Shown piece after piece: positions 39,271-51,315 of a stretch of 64,000 nucleotides of DNA (within the stretch, counting starts at the first letter, position 1; each line of letters starts with the position of its first letter). The DNA is from Selaginella moellendorffii (Eukaryota; Plantae; Lycopodiophyta), in the NCBI RefSeq assembly GCF_000143415.4, contig NW_003314268.1:2922559-2986558 (forward strand). Direction: 5' to 3'. Both the position numbers and the translations under genes were made by a program. The notes beneath the pieces were generated by a model. The model had not been told where the DNA came from. It saw only the letters and a program-made list of their open reading frames with translations, and did no database searches.

Positions 39271-40619
39271 CAAAAGACTTGTTTTTACAGAATTTCTTAT
39301 CTAACACATTGCAAAGGCAATTTTTGAATAAAAATGCTTACAAACCTTTACCAACTGTGTGCAACTTTGGCCACTAGAATTTTAGTATATGTTGTGAGTG
39401 CTAGCTTTGATAGTGGATTTTGCATTTGGGATGCCGAAGGATTGATAACTGATTGTAATTATTTAGATTCAGTGTCTTATAGTGCATAGCAAATATTTTT
39501 AAATTGCTATTTTTAAATTAGAACTCAATTCTTAAAAAATCTAACTATGACAATTATGACAAAAATCCATCCAATTATGACAAGCAATTCTTTATTGCAA
39601 TTTTGGAGGGGAGGTACAGCCCCCAAGAGGGGGGGGTACCTCGGGTGGGTGGCCTGATAAAAGTTTTTGCATGTTTCAAAAATATATATATGAAAAAAAC
39701 CACATATGTGCTTAAATTATTGTAACTCACTGTGATTCACAAAATAATATTTTGAGCATAACTTTTTTCTAATGCATGAGTGTGCATTGGTGTTTGCCAC
39801 ATATGTATGGCAAAGTTTAAATTAGTGTTATATATGCAAATTTTTGCATTGCATTTTCATGTTAAATTTTTTTTGACACATCAATAAAGTTTAGAGTTTG
39901 GGTTAGAGCTTTAGGTGTGATGTTTTTCAGCATGCAAGCTAGATTTTAAGGGCTTTTCAAATGCCATAGGTTGAGTTTACTATTACTGCATACTTTGGGC
40001 ACTCTCTTTGGTAAAGGTAATGGAAAATGCTTTGCAAGTAAGTAATTTTGCAATGAATGAAGAAATTTTTCTGTAGATGAGTTAGAATGAGCGATCTTGA
40101 CTCCTTGTTTTGAGTGGACCAATGTAAATTGCATTGGTATTTAAAAATTATAAGTTGGGAAAGGGTGTATCCTCTTAAGAGTGTTGTAGTAGTTCAAGTG
40201 CTTCTTGAAAAACTTTTCCTCCAATGTGATAACTTAGACAACATAGGGATTATATATGTTAATGGCAAATTAAAAGATGTAAAATATAGAGTGAGTGAGA
40301 AAGTAATAAGAGATGTGATAGCCTATATTTGCCCAAAGTGAGTTTTATGAAAGTGGCAATAAGTTTCCCCTACTACATCCAAATGGTCTTAATGCAACTT
40401 TTGTTTTAAAGTTTATTACACAATGTACCAATAGATATGTCAATTATAATATCTTCATTAGTGCTAAATTCAACTTCTTGTGTTTTCTTGGCTCCAGCAA
40501 CTTTTTTAGGTAGTACTATTTTTCTTTTTTACAAAAGAAGACATTTTGTTAGTCAAACTAAATAAAGATAATAAAAAATTCAAATAATAAAAGACAAAAA
40601 GAAAAAAAAATGAAGTGGG

Positions 40620-41090
40620 GCCCACCTTTGGCACTTTGTTTGGTTGCTTGAGAGGTTGAAGTTGTTTGAATAACCTCAGCCTCTCGAGCGGCCAAAGTGC
40701 CTGAGGTGGCCAACTCAAGCTTAATCTCATGCACTTTAATGACCAAAGGGGCCAAGGTTATTTAAATAACCTTGGGCCCCCGAGCAGCCAAAGTTCTCAA
40801 AGTCGCTAGACTGAGCTCAACCTTGGGCAGTTTGGTAATTCGAAAGGCCAAAGTAATTTGAATAACCTCAACCCCTCAGGCAGCCAAAGTGTTTGAGGTG
40901 GCCAGCCCAAGCTCCACTTTAGGCACTTTGGCTGCTCGGGGGGCCAAGGTTATTCCAATAACCTTGGCCCTTTAGGCCACCAAAGTGCTCGAGGTTAAGC
41001 TCAAGCTGGGTAACCTTGGGCACTTTGGCTACTCGAGAAGTTGATGTTATTTAAATAACTTTGACCCTCAGGGCCACCAAAGTGCCTAGC
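40620..41090. repeat. Array of ~5 x ~96-bp units built from alternating palindromes
   Basis: aataac(c/t) cores near 40669, 40765, 40861, 40957, 41054; ggccaaggttatttaaataaccttgg and ccaaagtg/cactttgg pairs. Confidence 0.8.
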
Positions 41091-41620
41091 CTGATGTGGG
41101 ACACAAAATCCCTAGGCCCCAAAATGAAGCCGGAAGGGTGCCACGTGGTAGTGGCTGAAGCGAAAGCTAAACAAGCGTAACATATTTGGACTAAAAGCTC
41201 CGACTTGATAGGTCAAGAGTGGGAGTGGAACTATCAGGAATCCCCCAATTCTTGCCACATTCCTGACTCTCGCCGGATTCCTGACCTGCAGGCCACATTC
41301 CTGACTCTCGAGACACTTCCCTATTCCTGACTCTCGAGACACTTTCCTATTCTTGACTCTCGAGACACTTCCCGATTCCTGACTCTCGAGCCACATTCCT
41401 GATGATGATGTGGTGCCTCCTCGACCTCAGCTATATTTAGGCCGTCCTCGATCCAAGAGTGGTGGAGCTTCATCAACCTATAGTATATATAGGTTAGCTT
41501 TGTTCCATTTCTCCACAATCTGAATCAACGCCAGTCTAAAGCCTCTTTTTTGTTTCCACTAGCTTTTCTCTTTGTCTTTTTGCATTTTCCAATCTTGATC
41601 TTGTCAGGGGTCTTGACAGT

Positions 41621-41635
41621 TTGATTCAGATTGTG
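41621..41635 (+). promoter_or_regulatory. Self-priming PBS complementary to LTR 41514-41528
   Basis: ttgattcagattgtg is the exact reverse complement of cacaatctgaatcaa. Confidence 0.85.
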
Positions 41636-41717
41636 TTTTTTCGTTTTTTGATTTAGCTCGTTTTGATTGTTTGATTACTTTTGCCTTTTTTTCCCCCTTT
41701 TTCCTTTCTTCTTGCCA

Positions 41718-42657
41718 ATGGAGTCTCCAAGCCATCCTGATTTCTTTGCTGAAGTCCTTGCAAAAATCCAGTCTGAGAATACCGAGTTGAAGGCGACTTT
41801 CGGCTTAAGGATCCAGCAAAGTTCCTAAACCAAAGGTGAGCTTCCCGGCGAAATTTTCAGGCAAGCGTTCGGAGCTTTGCGGATTCCTAAACCAGATGGA
41901 GTTGATCTTCGCACTTCAACATCGGCGGTACCCTACTCCCGAGTCTCAAATCGGCGCGATTGGGACGTTGCTCGAAGGTGCAGCTTTGTCATGGTTTTCT
42001 CCTCTTCTGGAGAAGAGCATGAAAGGGGTCATGGTTCCAGAGCTGATGGATCTTCAATTGTTCAAAGAGAAGCTCGAAGCATGTTTTGGCGAGACGGATT
42101 GGGTTCGGGCTGCTACCACAAAGATGAGACGTCTCTCTCAGGGGTCTCGTCCTGCCTCGATCTACGCTGTAGAGTTCCAACTCCTTGCTTTGGACACTCA
42201 GTGGGATGAGCGGGCCCTGATTGACCAATTTCGTTTCGGCCTCAACAACGGTGTCAAGGATTTGTTGCTCACCATGGAGGATCCCAAGGACCTGTCGGAT
42301 GCCATCAACAAAGCTGTTCGATGTGACAATCGTCTCTTTTAATGTCGTCACGAAAGTCGCCGCGCCGCTGTTTTTCCGTCCCAGACTCAGGAATCCCAGC
42401 TTGAGTCTTCGGGGCATACTCCTGAACCTACTGCTCCGGTTCCGATGGATATTTTTGGTACTCCCCGACTCATTAGAGGGAAGTTGAGTCCTGCTGAGAA
42501 GCAACGTCGAATATCTCATAATCTTTGCCTCTATTGTGCTGATCCTAATCACAAAGCAGCTGTATGTCCCAAGAAGCCTCCTCGACTGCTCGAGTTCACT
42601 CTGCCTCAAAGTCCACCTCTATTGCAGTCGGGAAACGACCCTGTCCAAAAAGAGTAG
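41718..42657 (+). pseudogene. gag of element A (Retrotrans_gag + CCHC), disrupted
   Basis: PAKFSGKRSEL, LEGAALSWF, CLYCADPNHKAAVC; ~31-nt deletion relative to element C and a TAA at 42340. Confidence 0.9.
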
Positions 42658-45600
42658 GAGCTGTCTATTTGGACTCCCCGAATAAAAATCACTTTTCTTC
42701 TTTATCAAGCTCCTCACCACCTTTCATCAAAGCCACCACCAATTCCCGCAACTTCCGCGTCCCATGTCTCCTTTCTTTCACCGGACAATCAGGACTCAAG
42801 GCTCTGGCATTACTGGACTCGGGTGCAACTTCCTGCTTCATGGACACGGACTTTGCTGCCCGACATCACGTTCTTCTTTCTCCTACCATACGGGATTTGA
42901 GGGTTGAAGGCATCGGCGGGCATTTTGTGTCTCCATCTTCTGGACTTAGGGAAACGTTGCCCGTTCGAGTACACATCGGGTCCACCGTCACCGATATCGC
43001 CTTCAACATCATCAACAGCAAGTCCTCCTCTGTGGTGCTCGGTCTTCCTTGGTTCCAACTACATCAGCCTCAGATCTGTTGGAAGGAATTACAGCTCATC
43101 TCTCCCACGGCTTCCCCTACTGTTCATCGAGTCCGAATTAGGAAAAGTTCCCTAAACTCAAATTGGGGTTCTGTTCTTGACTCTATAAAGTTTTCACCCT
43201 CTTCTTTTTCCTCTCTTCCATCTTACACTGGACTGTATCCTCGTCTCATCATTCCATTTAGTCGTACGCCTCCTCCTATCTCCACAATCACTATGAAAGA
43301 ACTCCTTAATGAAGAACCTCTTTTTCTTTTTGCTTTGCATGTTTCTCCTGTCAGTCTTCCTGAGAAGTATCATGATTTTGGGGATGTGTTTGACAAGAAA
43401 AAAACTAGTGTACTGCCTGTTCATCGGCCTTATGATTGTCCCATTGATTTACAGGAAGGAGCGTCACCTCCGTGGGGGCCTATCTATGGGTTATCCCCGT
43501 CCGAGCTTAAGGCCCTCAAAGAGTACGTGGATGAGAACCTTGCCTCGGGCTACATTCAGCATTCGCAGTCCCCGGCTGGAGCGCCTGTCTTCTTTGTCAA
43601 GAAGAAGGATGGGAGCTTGCGGCTAGTCATCGACTACCGAGGTTTGAACAAGGTGACTATTCGGAACTATTATCCGCTGCCCCTGATCTTGGACCTGTTG
43701 GAACGCCTCGGTGGTTCCCGCTTCTTCACCAAGATCGACCTCCGTGGAGCATACAACCTGATCCGGATCTGGCCTGGTGATGAATGGAAGACTGCATTCC
43801 GAACCCGCTATGGCCACTTCGAGTACACTGTCATGCCATTTGGCTTGACAAATGCTCCAGCAGTTTTCCAACACATGGCGAACGACGTCTTTCGGGAGTT
43901 TCTTGATCAGATGGTGATTGTCTATCTCGATGACATCCTCATCTACTCAAAAACTCAGGAGGAGCATGACGAACATGTTCGCAAGGTGCTAGCGAAGCTG
44001 CAAGAACACGGCCTATACGTGAAGCTTGAGAAATGTTCCTTTGATCAGCAGTCTGTGGAGTTCCTTGGGTACATTGTCACTCCTGAGGGTATCACGATGG
44101 ATCCTGCCAAAGTCAAGACTATTCTCGAATGGGAGCCTCCACAATCAATGTCAGACGTTCAGGTTTTCCTTGGCTTCGCCAACTTCTACCGCAAATTCAT
44201 TGATCACTACTCTGACATTGTCCTTCCTCTCACACATCTCACTCGCAAGGATGTTCCCTTCTCTTGGTCTGCTGCTGCCCAGCAGGCCTTCGACACACTC
44301 AAGGCGGCCTTCAGTTCTGCTCCTGTCTTGATCCATGCTGATTCCTCACAACCTTTCTTCATCGAGGCTGACGCCTCCGACTTTGCCATTGGTGTTGTGC
44401 TGTCTCAACTCGGAGCGGATCACGAACTTCATCCGGTCGCTTTCCATTCTCGGAAATTCCAGCCTGCGGAGATCAATTACGAAATCCACGACAAGGAGCT
44501 CCTTGCCATCGTGGATTCCTTTGGAGAGTGGCGCCATTTCTTGGAGGGGGCGAGCCATCAAACAACGGTCTAGACGGATCACAAAAATCTCGAGTACTTT
44601 GCCACTTCCCGAGTTTTAAGCCGTCGTCAAGTAAGGTGGGCACAATTCCTGAGTCGGTTTGACTTTGTTATCAAGTACAGACCTGGAAAGTTTCAAGGCC
44701 TTCCTGATGCTCTTTCAAGGCGCTCCTATCTCAGTCTTAGGCCTGGTAATCCTGCCTTCGATCAACAGGATCAAGTTATCCTCGGTCCTCATTGGCTTCA
44801 AGTTATGGCAATTTCCTTGGCCCCTCAGGACTCCTCCTTGATGGATGCAATCAGAAACGATCTTCAATCCGATGATCTTGCTAGCGACATTTTCCCCCAT
44901 CTTCAAGTTGGACACCCAGTGACTCCCGACTGCCGGCGATTTGACGAGTTCGAGTTCTTAGATGGCTTATTGTACCGTGGGGAGCAGCTTTACATTCCTG
45001 AAGGTGATGCTCGAAGGTTGGTCCTGATGGCGTGCCACGATAGCCCGACTGCTGGTCACTTCGGCATTGCGAAAATCTATGAGCTAGTTGCACGGGACTT
45101 TTGGTGGCCTCACATGGACGACTACATCAAAGCTTTTGTTACCTCCTGTGACACTTGTGCCCGGAAAAAGGTACCTCGCCACCTTCCTTCAGGTTTGCTT
45201 CGTTCCCTTCTGGTCCCTTCAGGTCCTTGGGAATCCATCTCCATGGATTTCTTGAGTGATCTTCCGAGTTCTGGAGGCTTCAATAGCATTTTAGTCGTGG
45301 TGGATCGCTTCACAAAGATGGCGCACTTCTTGCCATGTACCAAGGAGTTTTCGGGCGAGGACATGGCAAAACTGGTATTCAGGGAAATTTTCCGACTTCA
45401 TGGGATTCCTACAGATGTGGTTTCGGATCGGGGGCCTCAGTTCATCTCTCATTTCTGGCAACAGTTTTTGCAGCTGCTTGGAGTGAAGGCCAACCTCTCT
45501 TCGGCGTATCATCCTCAAACTGATGGGCAGTCCGAGCGAACGATTCAGACGTTAGAACAATTCTTGAGGTGCTTCATCAACTATCATCAGGATAACTGGT

Positions 45601-46388
45601 TTGATATCCTTCCCCTTGCTGAGTTCTCCTATAACAACTCTGTTCACTCCTCTCTTCGAGTTTCCCCCTTCTTTGCGAACTCTGGCCGAAATCCCCAATT
45701 CAATCTCTCACTTCCTTCTCCATCTGAATCCTCTCGTTCAAATCCCCGCTCTGAGGCATTTATCTCCAACCTCCAGGAAATCCACAACTCCATCTCCTTC
45801 CACCTCCATCGTGCTCAGGAATTTCATAAAACATTTGCCAATGTCCATCGTCAGGATTGTCCCCCTTACAATATCAGGGATAAAGTCTGGCTCCTCAGGC
45901 GAAATATCTCCACCACTAGGCCCTGTCCAAAACTCAATTTCAAATGCCTTGGTCCTTTCCCTATCACTGCCATCATTAATCCTGTCACTTATCGCCTTGC
46001 ACTTCCCTCCTTATATCAAATTCACCCTGTTTTTCACTCTTTTCTCCTTGAGCCTTATATTCCCAATCCTATTCCAAATCGGGTCATTCCTCCGCCTCCA
46101 CCAGTGCAGCTCGAGGATGGGTCTGAGTACGAGGTTCAGGACATCCTTGATTCCAAGATTTCACGGTCTAAACTCTACTATCTGGTGGATTGGAAGGGTT
46201 ACGGACCTGAGGAACGCACTTGGGAACCTGCAGACAACCTGCTTCATTCTCCTAACCTTGTTCAGGACTTCCACCGCCGCTATCCTTCTCGTCCCAGTCG
46301 TCATTCTTTTTCTCCATCTCCCATCCCTCGCCGCTCATCTCATCCTCCTCTTCGTTCTCGTTCACATCCTCGTTCCACTCGTTCTTGA
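42630..46388 (+). CDS. pol of element A (PR, RT, RNase H, integrase, chromodomain) with a single in-frame TAG at 44571
   Basis: ALLDSGA, YLDDILIYS, EADASD, HDSPTAGHFG/CDTC, VSDRGPQF, HPQTDGQSER, YEVQDILDS..YLVDWKGY..TWEP. Confidence 0.93.
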
Positions 46389-49300
46389 GGAGGGGGTACT
46401 GTCAGGAATCCCCCAATTCTTGCCACATTCCTAACTCTCACCGGATTCCTGACCTGCAGACCACATTCCTGACTCCCGAGACACTTCCCTATTCCTGACT
46501 CTCGAGACACTTTCCTATTCCTAACTCTCGAGACACTTCCCGATTCCTGAGTCTCGAGCCACATTCCTGATGATGATGTGGCGCCTCCTCGACCTCAGCT
46601 ATATTTAGGCTGTCCTCGATCCAAGAGTGGTGGAGCTTCATCAACCTATAGTATATATAGGTTAGCCTTGTTCCATTTCTCCACAATCTGAATCAACGCC
46701 AGTCTAAGGCCTCTTCTTTGTTTCCACTAGCTTTTCTCTTTGTCTTTTTGCATTTTCCAATCTTGATCTTGTTAGGGGTCTTGACAGGAACTCCCAACAA
46801 AGTGCTCGAGGAACAAGCACGAAGCGAGCAATAAGCGAGGCTCCAAAAAGGGACCCAAAAGGACCAAGATATGACACGTGGAAGTGTCCGAGATGGACCT
46901 GAGTTGGAGTCCGAGGTGGAGTCCGAGATGGAGTCCGAGATGGACCCGAGATGGAGTCTAAGATGGATCCAAGATGGAGTCTGAGATGGATCCAAGATGG
47001 AGTCTGAGATGGACCGAGGCGGAGTCCGAGATGGAGTCCGAGATGGACCCGAGATGGAGTCTGAGATGGACCCAAGATGGAGTTCGAGATGGACCGAGAT
47101 GGAGTCCGAGATGGAGTCCGAGATGGACCCGAGATGGAATCAGAGATGGAGTCCGAGAAGGACCCGAGATGGGGTCCGAGGTCGAGACCGAGACCGGGAC
47201 CAAGACCGGGACCGAGATCGAGACCGAGACCGAGATTAGGACCGAGACCGAGACCGAGTCTGAGTTCGAGTTCGAGTCCGAGTCCGAGTCCGAGTCCGAG
47301 TCTGAGTCCAAGTCAAGTCTGAGAGGGTGAAAGCCCAAAGCGTTCGTCTCCCAGACCCTGGGGGGTTTGGTGAGCTCCAAAAGTATAGTGAGGGGGAGGA
47401 CTGTAGTGGAGCCAGTTTGGCCAGGAAAGGGCAGTTTGGCCCAGGAAGGCCAGACCCAGTATTGGGTGATGAACTGACCACTGGGAAGTCCAAGACTAGA
47501 GTGAATACGGACCGACAAGTGGGGTAGCTTGGTAAAGTGTTCAAGAGCTGGCTTTAGTTCCCTTGGGAGATCGACTGGCCGACGCTCCTAGTCCAAGTGT
47601 GGGTGGCACTACCTACTTGGATACCTAGTGTGGCTCAACAGAACCTCGCTCTAAGCCCATGGTTAGAGCACCTAAAGGCAGAAGGTGGGGAGAGTAGCAT
47701 GGATGCCATCCTCGGGACTAGCAAGTCCCAAGTCCTAAATTGGACTTAAGGAGGTTGTGAATGAGACTCCTCCAAGTGGTCAGAGGTGTGGTTAAGTGAC
47801 TAAAGTTTCTGAAAGTTTTTTATGTTAGTGTTTTGATCTTTGTCTTGGCTCTATTTCTTTAGAGGCTGTAATTCACAATGATATTAGTATAGTTGTATGC
47901 TCAGAATTTCTTCTTTTCGGTGTAGGTGAGGGTGGACAGCAATAGGATTTATAGAATTCCAAGTCAATTTTTTTTTGAATTTTTGGATCTTTTGTCAAAG
48001 TGCCAAGATGTGCTCTAGCTCAAGTGAATGTGAAGCAAAAGTCAATTGTCATCCTCTCCACTTTTAGTTCAAGTGGAGAAGTCATATTAATGTTGACACT
48101 AAACTCATTAGTTCCATCTTTACCAATATTCAAAGCCATTAACAATACTTTCTGGTTTTTATACTTCTCAATCGACGTGCACTTGTTTTTGTATAAGCCC
48201 GTGAGAAAGTTTCCATCCTCCTACAACGGTAACATTTTTTTCAATGAACATATATGTACATTATCCCATGTCCCAAAGGAACTAAAATTGTTAAGACCCC
48301 CAACAAGATCAAGACTGGAAAATGCAGAAGACAAAGAGAAAAGCTAGTGGAAACAAAGAAAAAGTTTTAAATTAGTGTTGATTCAGATTGTGAAGAAATG
48401 GAACAAGGCTAACCTATATATATTATAGGTTGATGAAGCTCCACCACTCTTAGATCGAGGATGGCCTAAATATAGCTGAGGTTGAGGAGGCGTCATTTCA
48501 TCATCAAGAATGTGGTTTGAGACTTAGGAATCGTACGGGAAATCAGAGAGTCAAGAATAGGGAAGTATCTCGAGAGTTAGGAATATGGTTTGTAGGTCAA
48601 GAATCTGGCGAGAGTCAGGAATGTGACAAGAATTGGGGAGTTGTTATAGGAGAACTTAGCAAGGGGAAGGATATTGAATCAGTCATCCTCATGTTAGTTG
48701 ATGAAGCACCTCAGAAATTGTTCTAACGTTTGAATTGTTTGCTCGGACTGTCCATCAGTTTGAGGATGATACGCCGAAGAGAGGTTGGCCTTCACTCCAA
48801 GCAACTGCAAGAACCGTTGCCAGAAATGAGAGATGAACTGAGGTCCCCAATTCGAAACCACATTTGTAGGAATCCCATGAAGTCGGAAAATTTCTTTGAA
48901 TACCAATTTTGCCATATCCTTGCCGGAAAATTCCTTGGTACACGGCAGGAAGTGCGCCATCTTTGTGAAGCGATCCACCATAACTAAAATGCTATTGAAG
49001 CCTCTAGAACTTGGAAGATCACTCAAGAAATCCATAGAGATGGATTCTTAAGGACCTGAACGGACCAGGAGGGAACGAAGCAAACCTGAAGGAAGGTGAC
49101 AAGGTACTTTATTCCGGGCACAAGTGTTACAGAAGGTAACAAAAGCTTTGATATAGTTATCTATGTGGGGCCACCAAAAGTCTCATGGAACCAGCTTATA
49201 GGTTTTCACAATGCCAAAGTGACCAGCAGTCGGGCTATCATGGCACGCCATCAGAACCAACCTTTAAGCATCACTTTCAGGAATGTAAAACTGCTCCCAC

Positions 49301-51315
49301 AGTACAACAAGCCATCTAAGAACTAGAACTCATCAAATCCCGGTAATTGGGAGTCATTAGGTGTCTAGCCTAAAGATGGGGGAAAATGTCGCTAGTGAGA
49401 TCGTTAGATTGAAGATTGCTTCTGATCACATCCATCAAGGAGGAGTCCTGAGGGGCCAGGGGAATTGCCATAACGTGAAGCCGATAAGGATCGAGGATAA
49501 CCTGATCCTGTTGATCGAAGGCAGGATTACCGAGCCTAAGATTGAGATAGGAGCGCCTTGAAAGAGCATCAGGAAGGCCCTGAAGCTTTCCAGGTGTGTA
49601 CTTGATAACAAAGTCAAACTGACTCAGGAATTGTGCCCACCTTGCCTGACGACGACTCAAAACTTAGAAAGTGGCAAAGTACTCGAGATTTTTGTGATCT
49701 GTCTAGACCGTTGTATGATGGCTTGCCCCCTCCAAGAAATGACGCCACTCTCCAAAAGAATCCATGATGGCAAGGAGCTCCTTGTCGTGGATTTCGTAAT
49801 TGATCTCCACAAGCTGGAATTTCCGAGAATGGAAAGCGACCGGATGAAATTCTTGATCCACTCCAAGTTAAGACAGCACAACACCGATGGCTAAGTCGGA
49901 GGCATTTGCCTTGATGAAGAAAGGTTGTGATGGATCAGCGTAGATCAAGATGGGAGTAGAACTGAAGGCCACCTTGAGTGTGTTGAAGGCCTGCTGAACA
50001 GTAGCAGACCAAGAGAAGGGAACATCCTTGCGAGTGAGATGCGTGAGAGGAAGGACAATGTCAGAGTAGTGAGCAATGAATTTGCGATAGAAGTTGGCGA
50101 AGCCAAGGAAAACTTGAATGTTTGACATTGATTGTGGAGGCTTCTATTTGAGAATAGTCTTGACTTTGGAAGGATCCATCGTGATACCCTCAGGAGTGAC
50201 AATGTACCCAAGGAACTCCACAAACTCTTGATCAAAGGAATATTTCTCAAGCTTTGCGTATAGGCTGTGTTCCTACAGCTTCACTAGCACCTTGCACACA
50301 TGCTCGTCGTGCTCCTCCTGAGTTTTTTAATAGATGAGGATGTCGTTGAGGTAGATGATCACCATCTGATCAAGAAACTCCCGAAAGACATTGTTTGCCA
50401 TGTGTTGGAAAACTGTTGGAGCATTTGTCAAGCCAAATGGCATAACAGTTTACTTGAAGTGGCCATAGCGGTTTCAGAACGTAGTCTTACATTCATCGCC
50501 AGGCCAGATCCGGATCAGGTTGTATGCTCCACGGAAGTCAATCTTGGTGAAGAAGCGAGCACCACCAAGGTGTTCCAATAGGTCTGAGATCAAGGGCAGC
50601 AGATAACGGTTCTAAATAGTCACCTTGTTTAAACCTCGATAGTCAATGACTAGTCGTAAACTCCCATCCTTCTTCTTGACAAAGAAGACAAGTGCTCCAG
50701 CCCGGGATTGCGAATGTTGAATGTACCCCGAGGCAAGGTTCTCATCCATGTACTTTTTGAGGGCCTTGGATAGGGATAACCCGTAGATAGGCCCCCACAG
50801 AGGTGATGCTCCTTCCTGTAAATTAATAGGACAGTTGTAAGGCTGATGAACAAGCTTTACACTAGCTTTTTTCTTGTCAAACACATCCCCAAAATTCAGG
50901 AAGACTGACAGGAGAAACATGCAAAGTGAAAAGGAAAACAAGTTTTTCATGAAGGAGTTCTTTCATAGTGATTGTGGAGATAGGAGGAGGCTTCCGATTG
51001 AATGGAATGATGAGACGAAGATACTGTCCAGTGTAAGATGGAAAAGAGGGGAAAGAAGAGGTTGAAAACTTCGTAGACTCAGGAACAAAACCCCAATTTG
51101 AGTTTAGGGAATTTTTCCTGATTCGGACTCAATGAATAGTAGGGAAAGACGTGGGAGATGGTGACGTGGGAGAGACAAGTTGTAATTCCTTCCAACAGAT
51201 CTGAGGCTGGTGCAATTGGAACCAAGGAAGGCCGAGCACCACAAAAGAGGACTTGCTGTTGATGATGTTGAAGGTGATATTAGTGACAGTGGACCTGATG
51301 TGTACTCAAACGGGC

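Larger units (their letters stand above)
41232..46786 (+). mobile_element. Full-length Ty3/Gypsy chromovirus (Tcn1/Tf1-sushi-like), element A
   Basis: 387-bp LTRs 41232-41618 and 46400-46786 (14 mismatches counted), TSD GGAAC, PPT 46387-46399, gag-PR-RT-RH-IN-chromodomain. Confidence 0.97.
41095..47806 (+). mobile_element. Truncated solo LTR of family 2 (element B), split by element A
   Basis: Begins tgtgggacac like 51316/57012 and continues at 46787-47806; internal deletion near 47696; last ~25 bp missing. Confidence 0.85.

Noticed and set aside
41250-41400. CRISPR-like repeats attcctgactctcgagacac
   Set aside because: Head-to-tail ~26-bp U3 repeats of an LTR; no unique spacers and eukaryotic context.
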